Source: Flavobacteriaceae bacterium CG2_30_31_66 (GTDB lineage: Bacteria > Bacteroidota > Bacteroidia > Flavobacteriales > Flavobacteriaceae). Taken from it: DNA of 64,000 bases. Below the pieces are notes generated by a model. It saw only the letters and a list, made by a program, of their open reading frames with translations, searched no databases and had not been told where the DNA came from. A program made the translations under genes and the position numbers. Below, piece after piece: positions 1 through 9,983 of this stretch. Location of the stretch: contig MNYM01000002.1 in the NCBI GenBank assembly GCA_001873065.1, positions 6,781-70,780 of the forward strand, given 5' to 3'. The first letter of the stretch is position 1; each line of letters opens with the position of its first letter.

Positions 1-345
1 GCCAATTTTATAATCTACGTCCACTTCAATATTTTCTTTAATTCCTCTGTCAAATGAAGGCCAACCAGAACCAGAATCATATTTAAATTCGGATTTATAC
101 AAAGGTGTTTTGCAAGCTGCGCAAACATAGGTTCCTTTTTCTTTACTATTGTTTAACGAACTTGAAAAAGCTCTTTCAGTGCCAGCTTCACGCAAAACAT
201 AATATTCCATAGGCGATAAAAGTGATTTCCACTCGGCATTTGATTTTTCTATGGAATAAGATTTCTTATTTTTTAAAGAAGTTTGTGCTTTGCTATTACA
301 GCTAATTAGTATTGTCAAAACTGCGAATCCAACTATTTTTTTCAT
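1..345 (-). CDS. msrB: Peptide-methionine (R)-S-oxide reductase MsrB with lipoprotein signal; 3'-truncated by the window edge
   Basis: Not in the ORF track. Manual translation from ATG at 345 gives MKKIVGFAVLTILISC...YYVLREAGTERAF...GTYVCAACKTPLY...KYDSGSGWPSF, the SelR/MsrB motifs. Confidence 0.92.
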   Translation of the reverse strand, partial: MKKIVGFAVLTILISCNSKAQTSLKNKKSYSIEKSNAEWKSLLSPMEYYVLREAGTERAFSSSLNNSKEKGTYVCAACKTPLYKSEFKYDSGSGWPSFDRGIKENIEVDVDYKIG

Positions 346-559
346 CTATCTTGTAAATTTTTTTGTTTTATAATTAGTAGTTGTAAATATAATGATTTTT
401 CGATTTTTAAATTGTTAATTTGTATTACTGATAGGTTTTAAAATATTTTTAATTAAAATTTTAGGTAATTTTTTTTGAGTTGAAAAAGAATTCTTATTTT
501 AGTTTTTAAAACCTAAAGTTATCAAAATATAAGTTCGAAACTGTAAATTTAAAAAAAAA

Positions 560-1372
560 ATGAAAAAAATAGTCCTTTTAATTGTTGTTGCATTTCTTTT
601 GGTTGATTGTAGCACAGTGCCAATAACAGGAAGAAAAAGATTAAATTTTGTAGGCGATGCAGAGGTTTTACCAGCAAGTTTTGCACAATACAAAGGTTTT
701 TTAGAGAAAAATAAGATTTCTACAAACAGCCAAATGACGAATCAAGTGAAAAACGTCGGAAAAAATGTTTCTGCAGCCGTAGATCGTTTTATGAGAGCGA
801 ATGGTATGAAATCAGAGGCTGAATCTTATAAATGGGAATTTAATTTGGTGGAAGATAAAACTGTAAATGCATGGTGTTTACCTGGCGGAAAAGTAGTTTT
901 TTACACAGGCATTATGCCGATTTGTGCTAATGACAATGGAGTTGCAGCAGTTATGGGTCATGAAGTGGCACACGCGTTCGCAAAACATGGTCAAGAACGT
1001 ATGACTTCAGGTCAATTGCAACAAATTGGTGGTTTGGCAGTTGCAGTTGGAACATCTTCATCAGATCCCAAAACAGCGCAAATTTGGAATTTAGCTTATG
1101 GTTTAGGTTCGCAAACTGGCATGCTGGCTTTCAGCAGAACGCACGAAACTGAAGCCGACAAATTGGGTTTGGTTTTTATGATTATGGCTGGTTACGATGG
1201 CAATGAAGCTGCAGAAGTTTGGGTAAGAATGAGTAAATTGTCAAGTGGAGGTCAAGGGATGGAGTTTTTTAGTACGCATCCATCAAATGAAACTAGAATT
1301 CAAACTTTGAGAAATTATTTACCAGAAGCAAAAGCATTGGCTGCAAAATTTAATGCACAACCTAAAAATTAA
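560..1372 (+). CDS. M48 family zinc metallopeptidase, lipoprotein
   Basis: Lipobox LLVDC; NAWCLPGGK, HEVAH (HExxH), ETEAD and STHP motifs. Confidence 0.9.
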   Translation: MKKIVLLIVVAFLLVDCSTVPITGRKRLNFVGDAEVLPASFAQYKGFLEKNKISTNSQMTNQVKNVGKNVSAAVDRFMRANGMKSEAESYKWEFNLVEDKTVNAWCLPGGKVVFYTGIMPICANDNGVAAVMGHEVAHAFAKHGQERMTSGQLQQIGGLAVAVGTSSSDPKTAQIWNLAYGLGSQTGMLAFSRTHETEADKLGLVFMIMAGYDGNEAAEVWVRMSKLSSGGQGMEFFSTHPSNETRIQTLRNYLPEAKALAAKFNAQPKN

Positions 1373-1405
1373 AAAATTAGTTTACATAACTTTTGTTATA
1401 TTGTG

Positions 1406-1437
1406 AGCCATTCAGATATATTTTGAATGGCTTTTTT
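1406..1437 (+). terminator. Intrinsic terminator after the M48 gene
   Basis: AGCCATTCA-loop-TGAATGGCT followed by a T run. Confidence 0.75.
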
Positions 1438-1457
1438 ATTTTTTAAAAACTTGGTGT

Positions 1458-2753
1458 ATGTTACAAAAGGGTGATCAAAAATTAATCAATAGTTGGGCTT
1501 TTTACGATTGGGCAAATTCTGTGTATTCATTAGTGATTGCCACTGCAGTTTTTCCATTATATTTTAGTGCTATTACCAAAGATGAAGTTGTCAATTTTCT
1601 TTGGATGAAATGGGAACATCCTGATACTTTGTATAGTTATGCATTGTCGTTTTCGTTTTTGGTGGTCGCATTTATTTCCCCTATTTTATCTGGTATTGCT
1701 GATTATACTGGAAGTAAAAAGAAATTCATGAAGTTTTTTTGTGCTTTAGGAAGTATTTCAGTGATGAGTTTGTATTTTTTTGACAGTGTTGAAACAGTTT
1801 GGATTGGAATTGTTTTTACTGTTTTGGCGAGTATTGGTTTTTGGGCAAGTTTGGTTTTTTACAATGCGTATTTACCAGAAATTGCGCATCCTGAACAGCA
1901 AGACAGAGCGAGTGCAAAAGGTTTTATTTTTGGATATATAGGTTCTGTTATTTTGTTAATAATAAATTTAATTATGATTCAAAAACCTGATTTATTTGCT
2001 CTTTCCTCAGGAACAGCCTCAAGAATATCATTTGTGATGGTAGGTTTGTGGTGGTTGGGTTTTGCACAAATTACTTTTAAAAGACTGCCAAAAAATATTT
2101 ACAACAAAAAACCCGAAAAAGATTATATCTGGAAAGGTTTTAGAGAGTTAAAGATAGTAGCAAAAGAAATGTTGAAATCCCCAACCCTGAAGCGATTTTT
2201 AATATCATTTTTCTTGTTAAGTGTTGGCGTTCAAACAATTATTTTATTGGCGACTATTTTTGGTTCTACTGAATTGGGTTTAGAAGCTATAGATTTGATT
2301 ATTACAGTTTTGTTAATTCAAATTGTAGCCATTTTTGGTGCTTATTTATTTTCTAGAATTTCAGAAAAAAAAGGAAATTTTTTAGCATTAAAAATTACTA
2401 TTTTTATTTGGATGATTGTGTGTTTTTGCGCATTTTTATTACACAAAGAATTACCAAACGTAGCGATCTATTTTTACGCTTTAGGAGCAGTTTTAGGATT
2501 GGTTTTAGGAGCCATTCAATCTTTATCAAGATCTACGTATTCTAAATTATTGCCAGAAACGCAAGATCATACAACCTATTTTAGTTTTTATGATGTTACT
2601 GAAAAAATCGCTATAGTTTTAGGAACTTTAGTTTACGGATTATTATTCGCAATCACAGATTCTATGCAATGGAGTGTACTTTGCTTGGCATTATTTTTCC
2701 TAGCATCTTTTATTGTTTTAAGTACCTTGAAAAAAACGAAATACGTTAAATAG
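1458..2753 (+). CDS. MFS transporter (UMF1-like)
   Basis: About 12 hydrophobic segments; N-terminal SWAFYDWANS and PILSGIAD motifs. Confidence 0.85.
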   Translation: MLQKGDQKLINSWAFYDWANSVYSLVIATAVFPLYFSAITKDEVVNFLWMKWEHPDTLYSYALSFSFLVVAFISPILSGIADYTGSKKKFMKFFCALGSISVMSLYFFDSVETVWIGIVFTVLASIGFWASLVFYNAYLPEIAHPEQQDRASAKGFIFGYIGSVILLIINLIMIQKPDLFALSSGTASRISFVMVGLWWLGFAQITFKRLPKNIYNKKPEKDYIWKGFRELKIVAKEMLKSPTLKRFLISFFLLSVGVQTIILLATIFGSTELGLEAIDLIITVLLIQIVAIFGAYLFSRISEKKGNFLALKITIFIWMIVCFCAFLLHKELPNVAIYFYALGAVLGLVLGAIQSLSRSTYSKLLPETQDHTTYFSFYDVTEKIAIVLGTLVYGLLFAITDSMQWSVLCLALFFLASFIVLSTLKKTKYVK

Positions 2754-2833
2754 TTCAGATTCAAAATTTAATGCTCAAAGTTCAAAGTTTAATCTTGGCT
2801 AAAAACTAAATACTAAAAACTAAAGCTTAAAGA
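2753..2833. repeat. Bipartite heptamer array (TTCAAAG-like units, then CTAAAAA-like units)
   Basis: ttcaaaa tttaatg ctcaaag ttcaaag tttaatc, then ctaaaaa ctaaata ctaaaaa ctaaagc ttaaaga; fills the whole intergenic gap. Confidence 0.75.
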
Positions 2834-3598
2834 TTATTTCTTTCGAATTTTTAAATTCAACATTTCAACGCCTAAGGAAAATGCAATGGCAAAATATAAA
2901 TACCCTTTTGGAATCACTCCAACAGATTGATTAAAAATTTCGGTATGAGATAAATGTGCGGCCTCTGCAATCAACATAAATCCAATTAATATCAAAAAAG
3001 ACAATGCAAGCATTTGAATTGTTGGGTTATTATTCACAAAATGATTGATAGCTTGTGAGAAAATCATCATGATGATGATAGAAACAATTACTGCAATAAT
3101 CATGATGATTAAAGCACCGTTAATGCCATTTGTCATTCCAACCGCAGTTAAAATACTGTCAAATGAAAAAACCATGTCAATCAAAATAATTTGAATGATT
3201 ACACCCGAAAACGAAATCACTTTTGGTGTTTTTAAAATAGCATCTTCTTGTGTGTGTTCTACTTTATGACGAATTTCTCGTGTACTTTTGTATAACAAAA
3301 ACAAACCTCCAAGAAATAAAATCACACTTTGCCCTGTAAATCTAGCAGTGAACCAATCTTTATCAATTGTTAAAAATGGTTCTTTTAATCCAATCAAATA
3401 AGAAACACTTAAAAGCAATAAAATTCGGGTAATCATTGCCAATGATAAACCCAAATAAGTAGCTTTTTTCACTTGATTTTCAGGTAGTTTATTGGCTGAA
3501 ATTGAAATAAAAATAATGTTGTCGATTCCTAAAATAATCTCTAAAAATGTCAAGGTCACCAATGCAACCCAAGTTTCTGAGTGTAAAAATAAATCCAT
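2834..3598 (-). CDS. TerC family integral membrane protein
   Basis: LEIILGIDNIIFI and DMVFSFDSILTAVG TerC signatures. Confidence 0.92.
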   Translation of the reverse strand: MDLFLHSETWVALVTLTFLEIILGIDNIIFISISANKLPENQVKKATYLGLSLAMITRILLLLSVSYLIGLKEPFLTIDKDWFTARFTGQSVILFLGGLFLLYKSTREIRHKVEHTQEDAILKTPKVISFSGVIIQIILIDMVFSFDSILTAVGMTNGINGALIIMIIAVIVSIIIMMIFSQAINHFVNNNPTIQMLALSFLILIGFMLIAEAAHLSHTEIFNQSVGVIPKGYLYFAIAFSLGVEMLNLKIRKK

Positions 3599-3607
3599 TT
3601 TTATTAC

Positions 3608-4012
3608 TTACTTAATTTTGTAAATAGTTCCTTTTTGTGAAAATTTTGAAAATCCGATTTTTACTGTAAAATCATAGGAATCTTTATAAACATTATTGAT
3701 TTGAATATACATTGGGTCTTTTTGTAAATCCGTTTTTGGGTTTATATATTTTAGAGTGTAGAAAAAATTATTTTTCCATTTGATAGATAATGTATCAATC
3801 GAATTTCCGTGTTTACTGATCTGAATACTATCTTTTCTAATAATGGTTTCTTTTACAAAATTATCTCCAGCAGGAATTTCAAAAACACCTTCTTTAAATC
3901 GATTTGAATTGTCTTTAAATTCTGATTTGCAGGCATAAAAAATGCTAAATGCAGTTATTGTAAAACAAATTGCAAAGAATTGATAATTCTTGATTCTTGA
4001 TTTATAATTCAT
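3608..4012 (-). CDS. Hypothetical lipoprotein
   Basis: Hydrophobic signal ending FYAC; beta-rich mature part; co-oriented between purB and terC. Confidence 0.7.
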   Translation of the reverse strand: MNYKSRIKNYQFFAICFTITAFSIFYACKSEFKDNSNRFKEGVFEIPAGDNFVKETIIRKDSIQISKHGNSIDTLSIKWKNNFFYTLKYINPKTDLQKDPMYIQINNVYKDSYDFTVKIGFSKFSQKGTIYKIK

Positions 4013-4018
4013 AATTAA

Positions 4019-5362
4019 CTATATTCCTGTATAATTTGAAGGTGAAATTATTTTTAATTCATTTTTTATTTCATGAGAAACATCTAATGTGTCAATAAAA
4101 TCTGCCATCGCTTTTTGATTGATTTTTTCATTGGTTCTCGTCAAACCTTTTAAGGCTTCATAAGGATTTGGATAGCCTTCTCTTCTTAAAATCGTCTGAA
4201 TGGCTTCTGCAACAACTGCCCAATTATTTTCCAAATCTTGCTCAAATTTTTCTTTGTTCAGCAATAATTTATTCAAACCTTTTAGAGTTGAAGTGAAACC
4301 AATAATAGTGTGTCCAAAAGGAACGCCTACATTTCGCAAAACAGTACTATCAGTTAAATCTCTTTGCAAACGGGAAATGGGTAATTTAGCTGATAAATGC
4401 TCAAAAATAGCATTGGCAATTCCTAAATTTCCTTCTGAATTTTCAAAATCAATTGGATTTACTTTGTGAGGCATGGCAGATGAGCCAACTTCTCCAGCTT
4501 TGATGCTTTGTTTGAAATAATCCATAGAAACATAAGTCCAAAAATCTCTATCCAAATCAATAATAATGGTATTGATTCTTTTTAAAGCATCAAATAATGA
4601 CGCTAAATGATCATAGTGTTCTATTTGTGTTGTAGGAAATGAATGATGCAATCCTAGTTTTTTTTGGACAAAATTGGTTCCAAAATCTTTCCAATTTACA
4701 CTTTTATACGCTACTTTATGTGCATTATAATTTCCTGTTGCACCCCCAAATTTTGCGGCATTTGGAATGGATTTCAATACATTCATTTGTGCTTCTAAAC
4801 GCGCCACAAAAACCTCAATTTCTTTTCCCAATCTTGTTGGTGACGCTGGTTGACCATGAGTTCTTGCCAACATTGCAATGTCTTTCCATTCAATGACAAG
4901 TGCTTTTAATTTTGTTAAAAGTTCGTCAAAATGTGGTATAAAAATATCATGTAAAAACTCTTTAATAGAAAGCGGAATGGCAGTATTATTGATATCTTGT
5001 GAAGTCAGTCCAAAATGAATGAATTCTTTGTGATTTTGCAATCCTAAACCATCCATTTTTTCCTTGATAAAATACTCAACTGCTTTTACATCATGATTCG
5101 TAATTCTCTCAATATCTTTTATTTTTTGAGCGTCATTTGTGGTAAAATTCTCATAAATTTTTCGCAAATCAGCAAAATAGGTAGCATCAAAATTTGTCAA
5201 TTGTGGCAAGGGAAGTTCACACAGCGCAATAAAATATTCAATTTCAACACGAACTCGATATTTGATCAAAGCTTCTTCTGAAAAATAGTTGGCTAATGAG
5301 GAAATTTTATTGCGATAACGTCCATCAATAGGAGAGATGGCATTTAGTTGAGTTAGCATCAT
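4019..5362 (-). CDS. purB: Adenylosuccinate lyase
   Basis: AISPIDGRY, HFGLTSQD, ARTHGQPA and GSSAMPHKVNP fumarate-lyase signature. Start moved to 5362/5359 because the track start at 5383 lies inside the promoter motif. Confidence 0.97.
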   Translation of the reverse strand: MMLTQLNAISPIDGRYRNKISSLANYFSEEALIKYRVRVEIEYFIALCELPLPQLTNFDATYFADLRKIYENFTTNDAQKIKDIERITNHDVKAVEYFIKEKMDGLGLQNHKEFIHFGLTSQDINNTAIPLSIKEFLHDIFIPHFDELLTKLKALVIEWKDIAMLARTHGQPASPTRLGKEIEVFVARLEAQMNVLKSIPNAAKFGGATGNYNAHKVAYKSVNWKDFGTNFVQKKLGLHHSFPTTQIEHYDHLASLFDALKRINTIIIDLDRDFWTYVSMDYFKQSIKAGEVGSSAMPHKVNPIDFENSEGNLGIANAIFEHLSAKLPISRLQRDLTDSTVLRNVGVPFGHTIIGFTSTLKGLNKLLLNKEKFEQDLENNWAVVAEAIQTILRREGYPNPYEALKGLTRTNEKINQKAMADFIDTLDVSHEIKNELKIISPSNYTGI

Positions 5363-5380
5363 ATTGGTTCTTATAATGTG

Positions 5381-5388
5381 CAAAAATA
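5381..5388 (-). promoter_or_regulatory. Bacteroidota sigma70 -7 element (TATTTTTG) for purB
   Basis: Matches TAnnTTTG about 20 nt upstream of the start. Confidence 0.65.
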
Positions 5389-5568
5389 GTCATTTCAGAA
5401 GATTTATTCATCTGATTTTTTAAATTTTATAAGTTCAAATTTAATAATCAATTGCCAAGAATTTCATGAATTTGTTACCAAAAAGAACTACTTAAAACAG
5501 ATGATGTGGTTAAAATTAAACATATTCATTTGATTTGGGATTTGTATATTTACACAAAACTTTACTCC

Positions 5569-6279
5569 ATGATTGTATTCAAAAGATTCTTCAAATATTC
5601 ACTTTTTGTTGTATTTTTTTTCTTTGTATTAGGCATTTTTTCTCAAAAAATAAATCAGTTTGATGCGAAAAATCAACGAACTGGAATTTGGAAAAAGTTA
5701 TATCCCAACCAAAAAATTCGTTACGAAGGTCAGTTTAAGAACGGAAAAGAAATTGGTGTTTTTAAGTTTTATGATGAATCAAATTCGAAACATCCATCAA
5801 TTATCAAAAGTTTTAGTGAAAAAACAGATTCTGTGAAAGTTGATTTTTTTTCATTAAAAGGAATTTTACAATCAAGAGGTTTTTTTATTGAAAAAAATAG
5901 GGTAGGTAAGTGGCAATTCTTTTTTAAAGATGGGAAAATAATGTCTGAAGAATTTTACAATCAAGGAAAATTAGAAGGAAAGGTCATTAATTATTATCCA
6001 AATGGAAAAACAACTGAAATTACTGACTATAAAGATGGTTTAAAACATGGCATTTCTCAAAAATTTTCGAGTGATGGAATTTTGATAGAAGAAGTAACTT
6101 ATGAAAATGGAATCTTAAATGGAGCAGCAAAAATCTTTGAATTAAAAGGAAATCTGAAAGAAAAAGGGTTGTACAAGAATGGTAAAAAGTTTGGTAAATG
6201 GGAATTTTATATTGATGGAGAAATTACTGACGAAAAAGAGATTGAAAAAAACAATAAATACAAGAAAAATGAAAAGTAA
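5569..6279 (+). CDS. Exported MORN-variant repeat protein (YwqK-like family)
   Basis: Signal peptide from MIVFKR; repeated Y(K/E)xGxxxGxxxx(Y/F)xxxG units. Start at ATG 5569 follows a TATATTTA promoter-like motif. Confidence 0.8.
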   Translation: MIVFKRFFKYSLFVVFFFFVLGIFSQKINQFDAKNQRTGIWKKLYPNQKIRYEGQFKNGKEIGVFKFYDESNSKHPSIIKSFSEKTDSVKVDFFSLKGILQSRGFFIEKNRVGKWQFFFKDGKIMSEEFYNQGKLEGKVINYYPNGKTTEITDYKDGLKHGISQKFSSDGILIEEVTYENGILNGAAKIFELKGNLKEKGLYKNGKKFGKWEFYIDGEITDEKEIEKNNKYKKNEK

Positions 6280-6991
6280 AGTATTTTTAATTGGGCTGAT
6301 TTTTACAACCATTTTATCCTGTAACAAAGAGTTAAATTCTGATAATCAGAACCAAATAAATGGTTTGTGGTTGGTGAAATCATTTAAGGTAAATAATATG
6401 GAAATACCTTCAAGTGAAAATTGGATTCGCTTTAATGCTGATTCATCTCTAAGTTCTGGAAATGATTGGTTGCAACATTCCGTTGGTTATTGGAGATATC
6501 AACAAAACACAAAATTATTAACGATTAATACCGAGATTGGTTTTACGTATTATAAAAGTCCTTTTTCAGTTGAAATTCATAAAACCACGATGATTTGGAA
6601 AGGCACAAAAGAAGGAATGGAAGTAATTATTATCCTTGAAAAAGCAGAAAAACTACCCACATCGGAAGCAAATAAATTATTTGGTTTATGGAAATTTGAT
6701 TCAGTTTTTATTGGTGATAATGATGTTTTAGATTCATTAAATCCAAATAAAAAGGCAATGCTTTTTTTTAGATGGGATAATCAATTTGAGTTTCATAATT
6801 ATCCAGAGGGAGAAAAATATGGTATTTTTAAAATACAGCCTTATAGGAATCAATTAGAAATGATTAATTATTCAAGTTCACCAAAATTTCAATTTTATGA
6901 CTTTAAAATAGAAGGTGAAAACTTAGAGTTGAAATCTAAAGATGAAAAAACAGTTCTAAAATTCTCTAGAATTCATCAATTTTTGGAATAA
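6269..6991 (+). CDS. Hypothetical lipoprotein with two lipocalin-like repeats
   Basis: Start MKSKVF at 6269 overlaps the upstream stop; lipobox ILSC; two GLW motifs (INGLWLV, LFGLWKF). Confidence 0.65.
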   Translation: MKSKVFLIGLIFTTILSCNKELNSDNQNQINGLWLVKSFKVNNMEIPSSENWIRFNADSSLSSGNDWLQHSVGYWRYQQNTKLLTINTEIGFTYYKSPFSVEIHKTTMIWKGTKEGMEVIIILEKAEKLPTSEANKLFGLWKFDSVFIGDNDVLDSLNPNKKAMLFFRWDNQFEFHNYPEGEKYGIFKIQPYRNQLEMINYSSSPKFQFYDFKIEGENLELKSKDEKTVLKFSRIHQFLE

Positions 6992-7032
6992 ATTCATCAT
7001 TTTTTTCAATATAAGGATTGATAACAAAATCG

Positions 7033-7040
7033 TAACTTTG
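7033..7040 (+). promoter_or_regulatory. -7 promoter element (TAACTTTG) for mnmA
   Basis: Exact TAnnTTTG ending 17 nt before the ATG. Confidence 0.7.
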
Positions 7041-7057
7041 CAGCTCAAAAATAAAAA

Positions 7058-8245
7058 ATGAAGCGAGTTGTTGTTGGACTTTCTGGTGGAGTAGATTCTA
7101 GTGTTACAGCTTATTTGTTGAAAGAACAAGGCTATGAAGTCATTGGACTTTTTATGAAAAATTGGCACGATGATTCTGTGACAATTTCTAATGAATGTCC
7201 TTGGTTAGAAGATAGTAATGATGCTATGATTGTTGCTGAAAAACTAGGAATTCCTTTTCAAGTAGTTGATTTGAGCGAGCAATACAAAAAACGTATTGTA
7301 GATTATATGTTTGATGAATATGAAAAAGGACGCACTCCCAATCCTGATATTCTTTGCAATCGCGAAATAAAGTTTGATGTTTTTATGAAAATTGCCTTAC
7401 AATTGGGTGCCGATTTTGTGGCAACAGGTCACTATTGTAAAAAAAGTGAGGAAGAAATTGATGGAAAAATCGTTTATAAATTGTTGGCTGGGAAAGACAG
7501 TAATAAAGATCAATCCTATTTTTTATGCCAACTTTCACAGGAGCAATTGGCAAAATCTCTCTTTCCAATTGGCGAATTGACAAAACCTGAAGTTCGAAAA
7601 ATCGCAAAAAATGCTGATTTAATTACTGCCGAAAAGAAAGATTCTCAAGGTTTGTGTTTTATTGGTAAAGTTCGTTTGCCTGAATTTTTACAACAAAAAT
7701 TGCAGCCAAAAACTGGAGAAATTGTTCAAATTCCTGAAGATTTTTCGGAATTTCATAAATCAATACCAACTTTTCAGAACAAAGAAGCTGAACTTATTTA
7801 TTTTTCTCAAAAATACAGCTACAAAAAAACAGATGGAAAAGTAGTTGGGAAACATCAAGGAGCGCATTATTTCACAAAAGGGCAAAGGAAAGGTTTGGCT
7901 GTTGGTGGCACGAAAGAACCACTTTTTGTGATTGAAACGGATGTAATTGAAAACATTATTTTTACAGGCGAAGGAAAAAATCATTCTGGTTTGTATAGAA
8001 ATGTGTTGTTTGTTACCAATGATGAAATTCATTGGATTCGCCAAGATTTAGCATTGAAATCTGGTGAAATTATGGAAGTAAAAGCAAGAATTCGTTACAG
8101 ACAATCTCTAGAAATTGCCACTTTATACAAAGTCGAAAAAGGGTTGTTTGTAGAGTTTGAAAACCAGCAATCTGCTATTCAAGAAGGGCAATTTGTGGCT
8201 TGGTATCAGCAAGATGAATTGTTGGGCTCAGGAGTCATTTCTTAA
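7058..8245 (+). CDS. mnmA: tRNA 2-thiouridine(34) synthase MnmA
   Basis: SGGVDS PP-loop, [36 protein letters not shown]. Confidence 0.98.
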   Translation: MKRVVVGLSGGVDSSVTAYLLKEQGYEVIGLFMKNWHDDSVTISNECPWLEDSNDAMIVAEKLGIPFQVVDLSEQYKKRIVDYMFDEYEKGRTPNPDILCNREIKFDVFMKIALQLGADFVATGHYCKKSEEEIDGKIVYKLLAGKDSNKDQSYFLCQLSQEQLAKSLFPIGELTKPEVRKIAKNADLITAEKKDSQGLCFIGKVRLPEFLQQKLQPKTGEIVQIPEDFSEFHKSIPTFQNKEAELIYFSQKYSYKKTDGKVVGKHQGAHYFTKGQRKGLAVGGTKEPLFVIETDVIENIIFTGEGKNHSGLYRNVLFVTNDEIHWIRQDLALKSGEIMEVKARIRYRQSLEIATLYKVEKGLFVEFENQQSAIQEGQFVAWYQQDELLGSGVIS

Positions 8246-8298
8246 AAATATTTTTTTAGGATTATTATTTCTATATTTATGTTTTAAATTAACCTTCT

Positions 8299-9966
8299 AT
8301 GAAAAGCCTACTCACATACTCTTTTTTTTTCATTTCTATTGCTACTTTTTCTCAACAAGAAGACGCATGGTTGTTTTTTAAGGACAAACCAAATTCATCA
8401 ACTTTTATTGCAAATCCAAATTCTATGCTCTCGCAAAGAGCTATTGATAGAAGAAATAAATTGCAAATTTCACTAGATGAAAAAGACGTTCCAATTGATG
8501 AAAATTATATTTCATCCATCAAAAACATTGCTGGAATAACTGTTTTAGGAAAATCAAAATGGTTAAATGCGTTGCATGTAAGAGGAGAAATAAATTTGAT
8601 AAAAAATTTAATTTCAAGTTTTAATTTTATTGATCATGTAGAATTTGCTGATACATCTTTGAATCTAAGTGGAAAAACCAAAAGAAAAAAAATAGTTTCA
8701 AATCATCAAAATAAATGGAGTAAAACTTTGACGGATTTTAATTATGGTTCTGCAAATAATCAAATCAAAATGTTGAAAGGTGATTATTTGCATCAACAAG
8801 GATTAACAGGTGAAAATCAAATAATTGCAGTGATTGATGCGGGTTTTCCAAACGTAAATACCTTAGCCGCTTTTCAAAGAATTCGAGATAATAATCAAAT
8901 TTTGGGAGGTTATAATTTTGCAGACAGAAATTCAAATTTTTACACACGAGATAGCCATGGAACGAGTGTTTTATCAACAATTGCAGGTTATATTAATAAT
9001 CAATTCGTAGGAACTGCTCCTGATGCAAAATTTTATCTTTTTATCTCTGAAATAGTAGAATCTGAAACTGTTTTAGAAGAAACTTTATGGGTTGAAGCTG
9101 CCGAAAAAGCAGATAGTTTAGGCGTTGATGTCATCAATACTTCTCTAGGGTATACCACTTATGACAACGAAGATCACAGTCATAGCTATCAAGATATGGA
9201 TGGTAAAACTACTTTTATTTCAAGAGGCGCAGAAATTGGCGCTTCTCGCGGTTTACTTTTGGTAAATGCTGCTGGAAATGAAGGAAATAGCGCATGGAAA
9301 TTTATTGGAGCTCCTGCAGATGCGCCTTCTGTGATTTCTGTTGGTGCAGTAAATTCTATCGGAAATATTGCAAGTTTTAGTTCTTTTGGACCAACTTCTG
9401 ATGGAAGAATTAAGCCAGAAATTTTAGCTCAAGGTGCAAATTCGGCAATTATAAATTATTCAACAGGAGCAATAAATTTATCAAACGGAACTTCCTTTTC
9501 TTCACCAATTATGGCTGGTTTGATTGCTTGTTTAAATCAATTTGAAAGTGGTTTATTAACATCTTCAAAAAATTCTTTTGTTAGTAAAAATGATTTATTA
9601 AAAAAATCTGTTTTTGAATCTGCTGATAAATATTTTAATCCACAAAATCAATATGGATATGGGATTCCTAATTTTGAAACAGCTTTAAATAATTATAGAA
9701 TTTCAACGGCTTCAATAGAAGATAACTTATTGATAAATTTAAAAATAAGTCCAAATCCAGTTTTAAATTCATTCAAAATTCAAAATTTAGAGGCTTTTTC
9801 TGGATTCTATTCTTTGCAGATTTTCAATATTCTTGGTAAAAAAGTGTTAGAGAAGCAAATTATAAATGAAACGAATATTGATATTTCTAACTTAAAAAAA
9901 GGAATTTATTTTGCGAGAATATTTAGAGATAAAGGTTCAAAAACAATTAAAATTTTAAAAGAGTAA
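8299..9966 (+). CDS. S8 subtilisin-like serine peptidase with T9SS type A C-terminal sorting domain
   Basis: Catalytic triad VIDAG / HGT / GTSFS; C-terminus SPNPV...IFNILGKKV...KKGIYF...KILKE. Confidence 0.92.
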   Translation: MKSLLTYSFFFISIATFSQQEDAWLFFKDKPNSSTFIANPNSMLSQRAIDRRNKLQISLDEKDVPIDENYISSIKNIAGITVLGKSKWLNALHVRGEINLIKNLISSFNFIDHVEFADTSLNLSGKTKRKKIVSNHQNKWSKTLTDFNYGSANNQIKMLKGDYLHQQGLTGENQIIAVIDAGFPNVNTLAAFQRIRDNNQILGGYNFADRNSNFYTRDSHGTSVLSTIAGYINNQFVGTAPDAKFYLFISEIVESETVLEETLWVEAAEKADSLGVDVINTSLGYTTYDNEDHSHSYQDMDGKTTFISRGAEIGASRGLLLVNAAGNEGNSAWKFIGAPADAPSVISVGAVNSIGNIASFSSFGPTSDGRIKPEILAQGANSAIINYSTGAINLSNGTSFSSPIMAGLIACLNQFESGLLTSSKNSFVSKNDLLKKSVFESADKYFNPQNQYGYGIPNFETALNNYRISTASIEDNLLINLKISPNPVLNSFKIQNLEAFSGFYSLQIFNILGKKVLEKQIINETNIDISNLKKGIYFARIFRDKGSKTIKILKE

Positions 9967-9983
9967 ATATTTTAAAAAAATAA

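Noticed and set aside
5569-6279. Toxin-antitoxin system implied by the YwqK-antitoxin family label
   Set aside because: The protein has a signal peptide and generic MORN-variant repeats; no toxin gene is adjacent.
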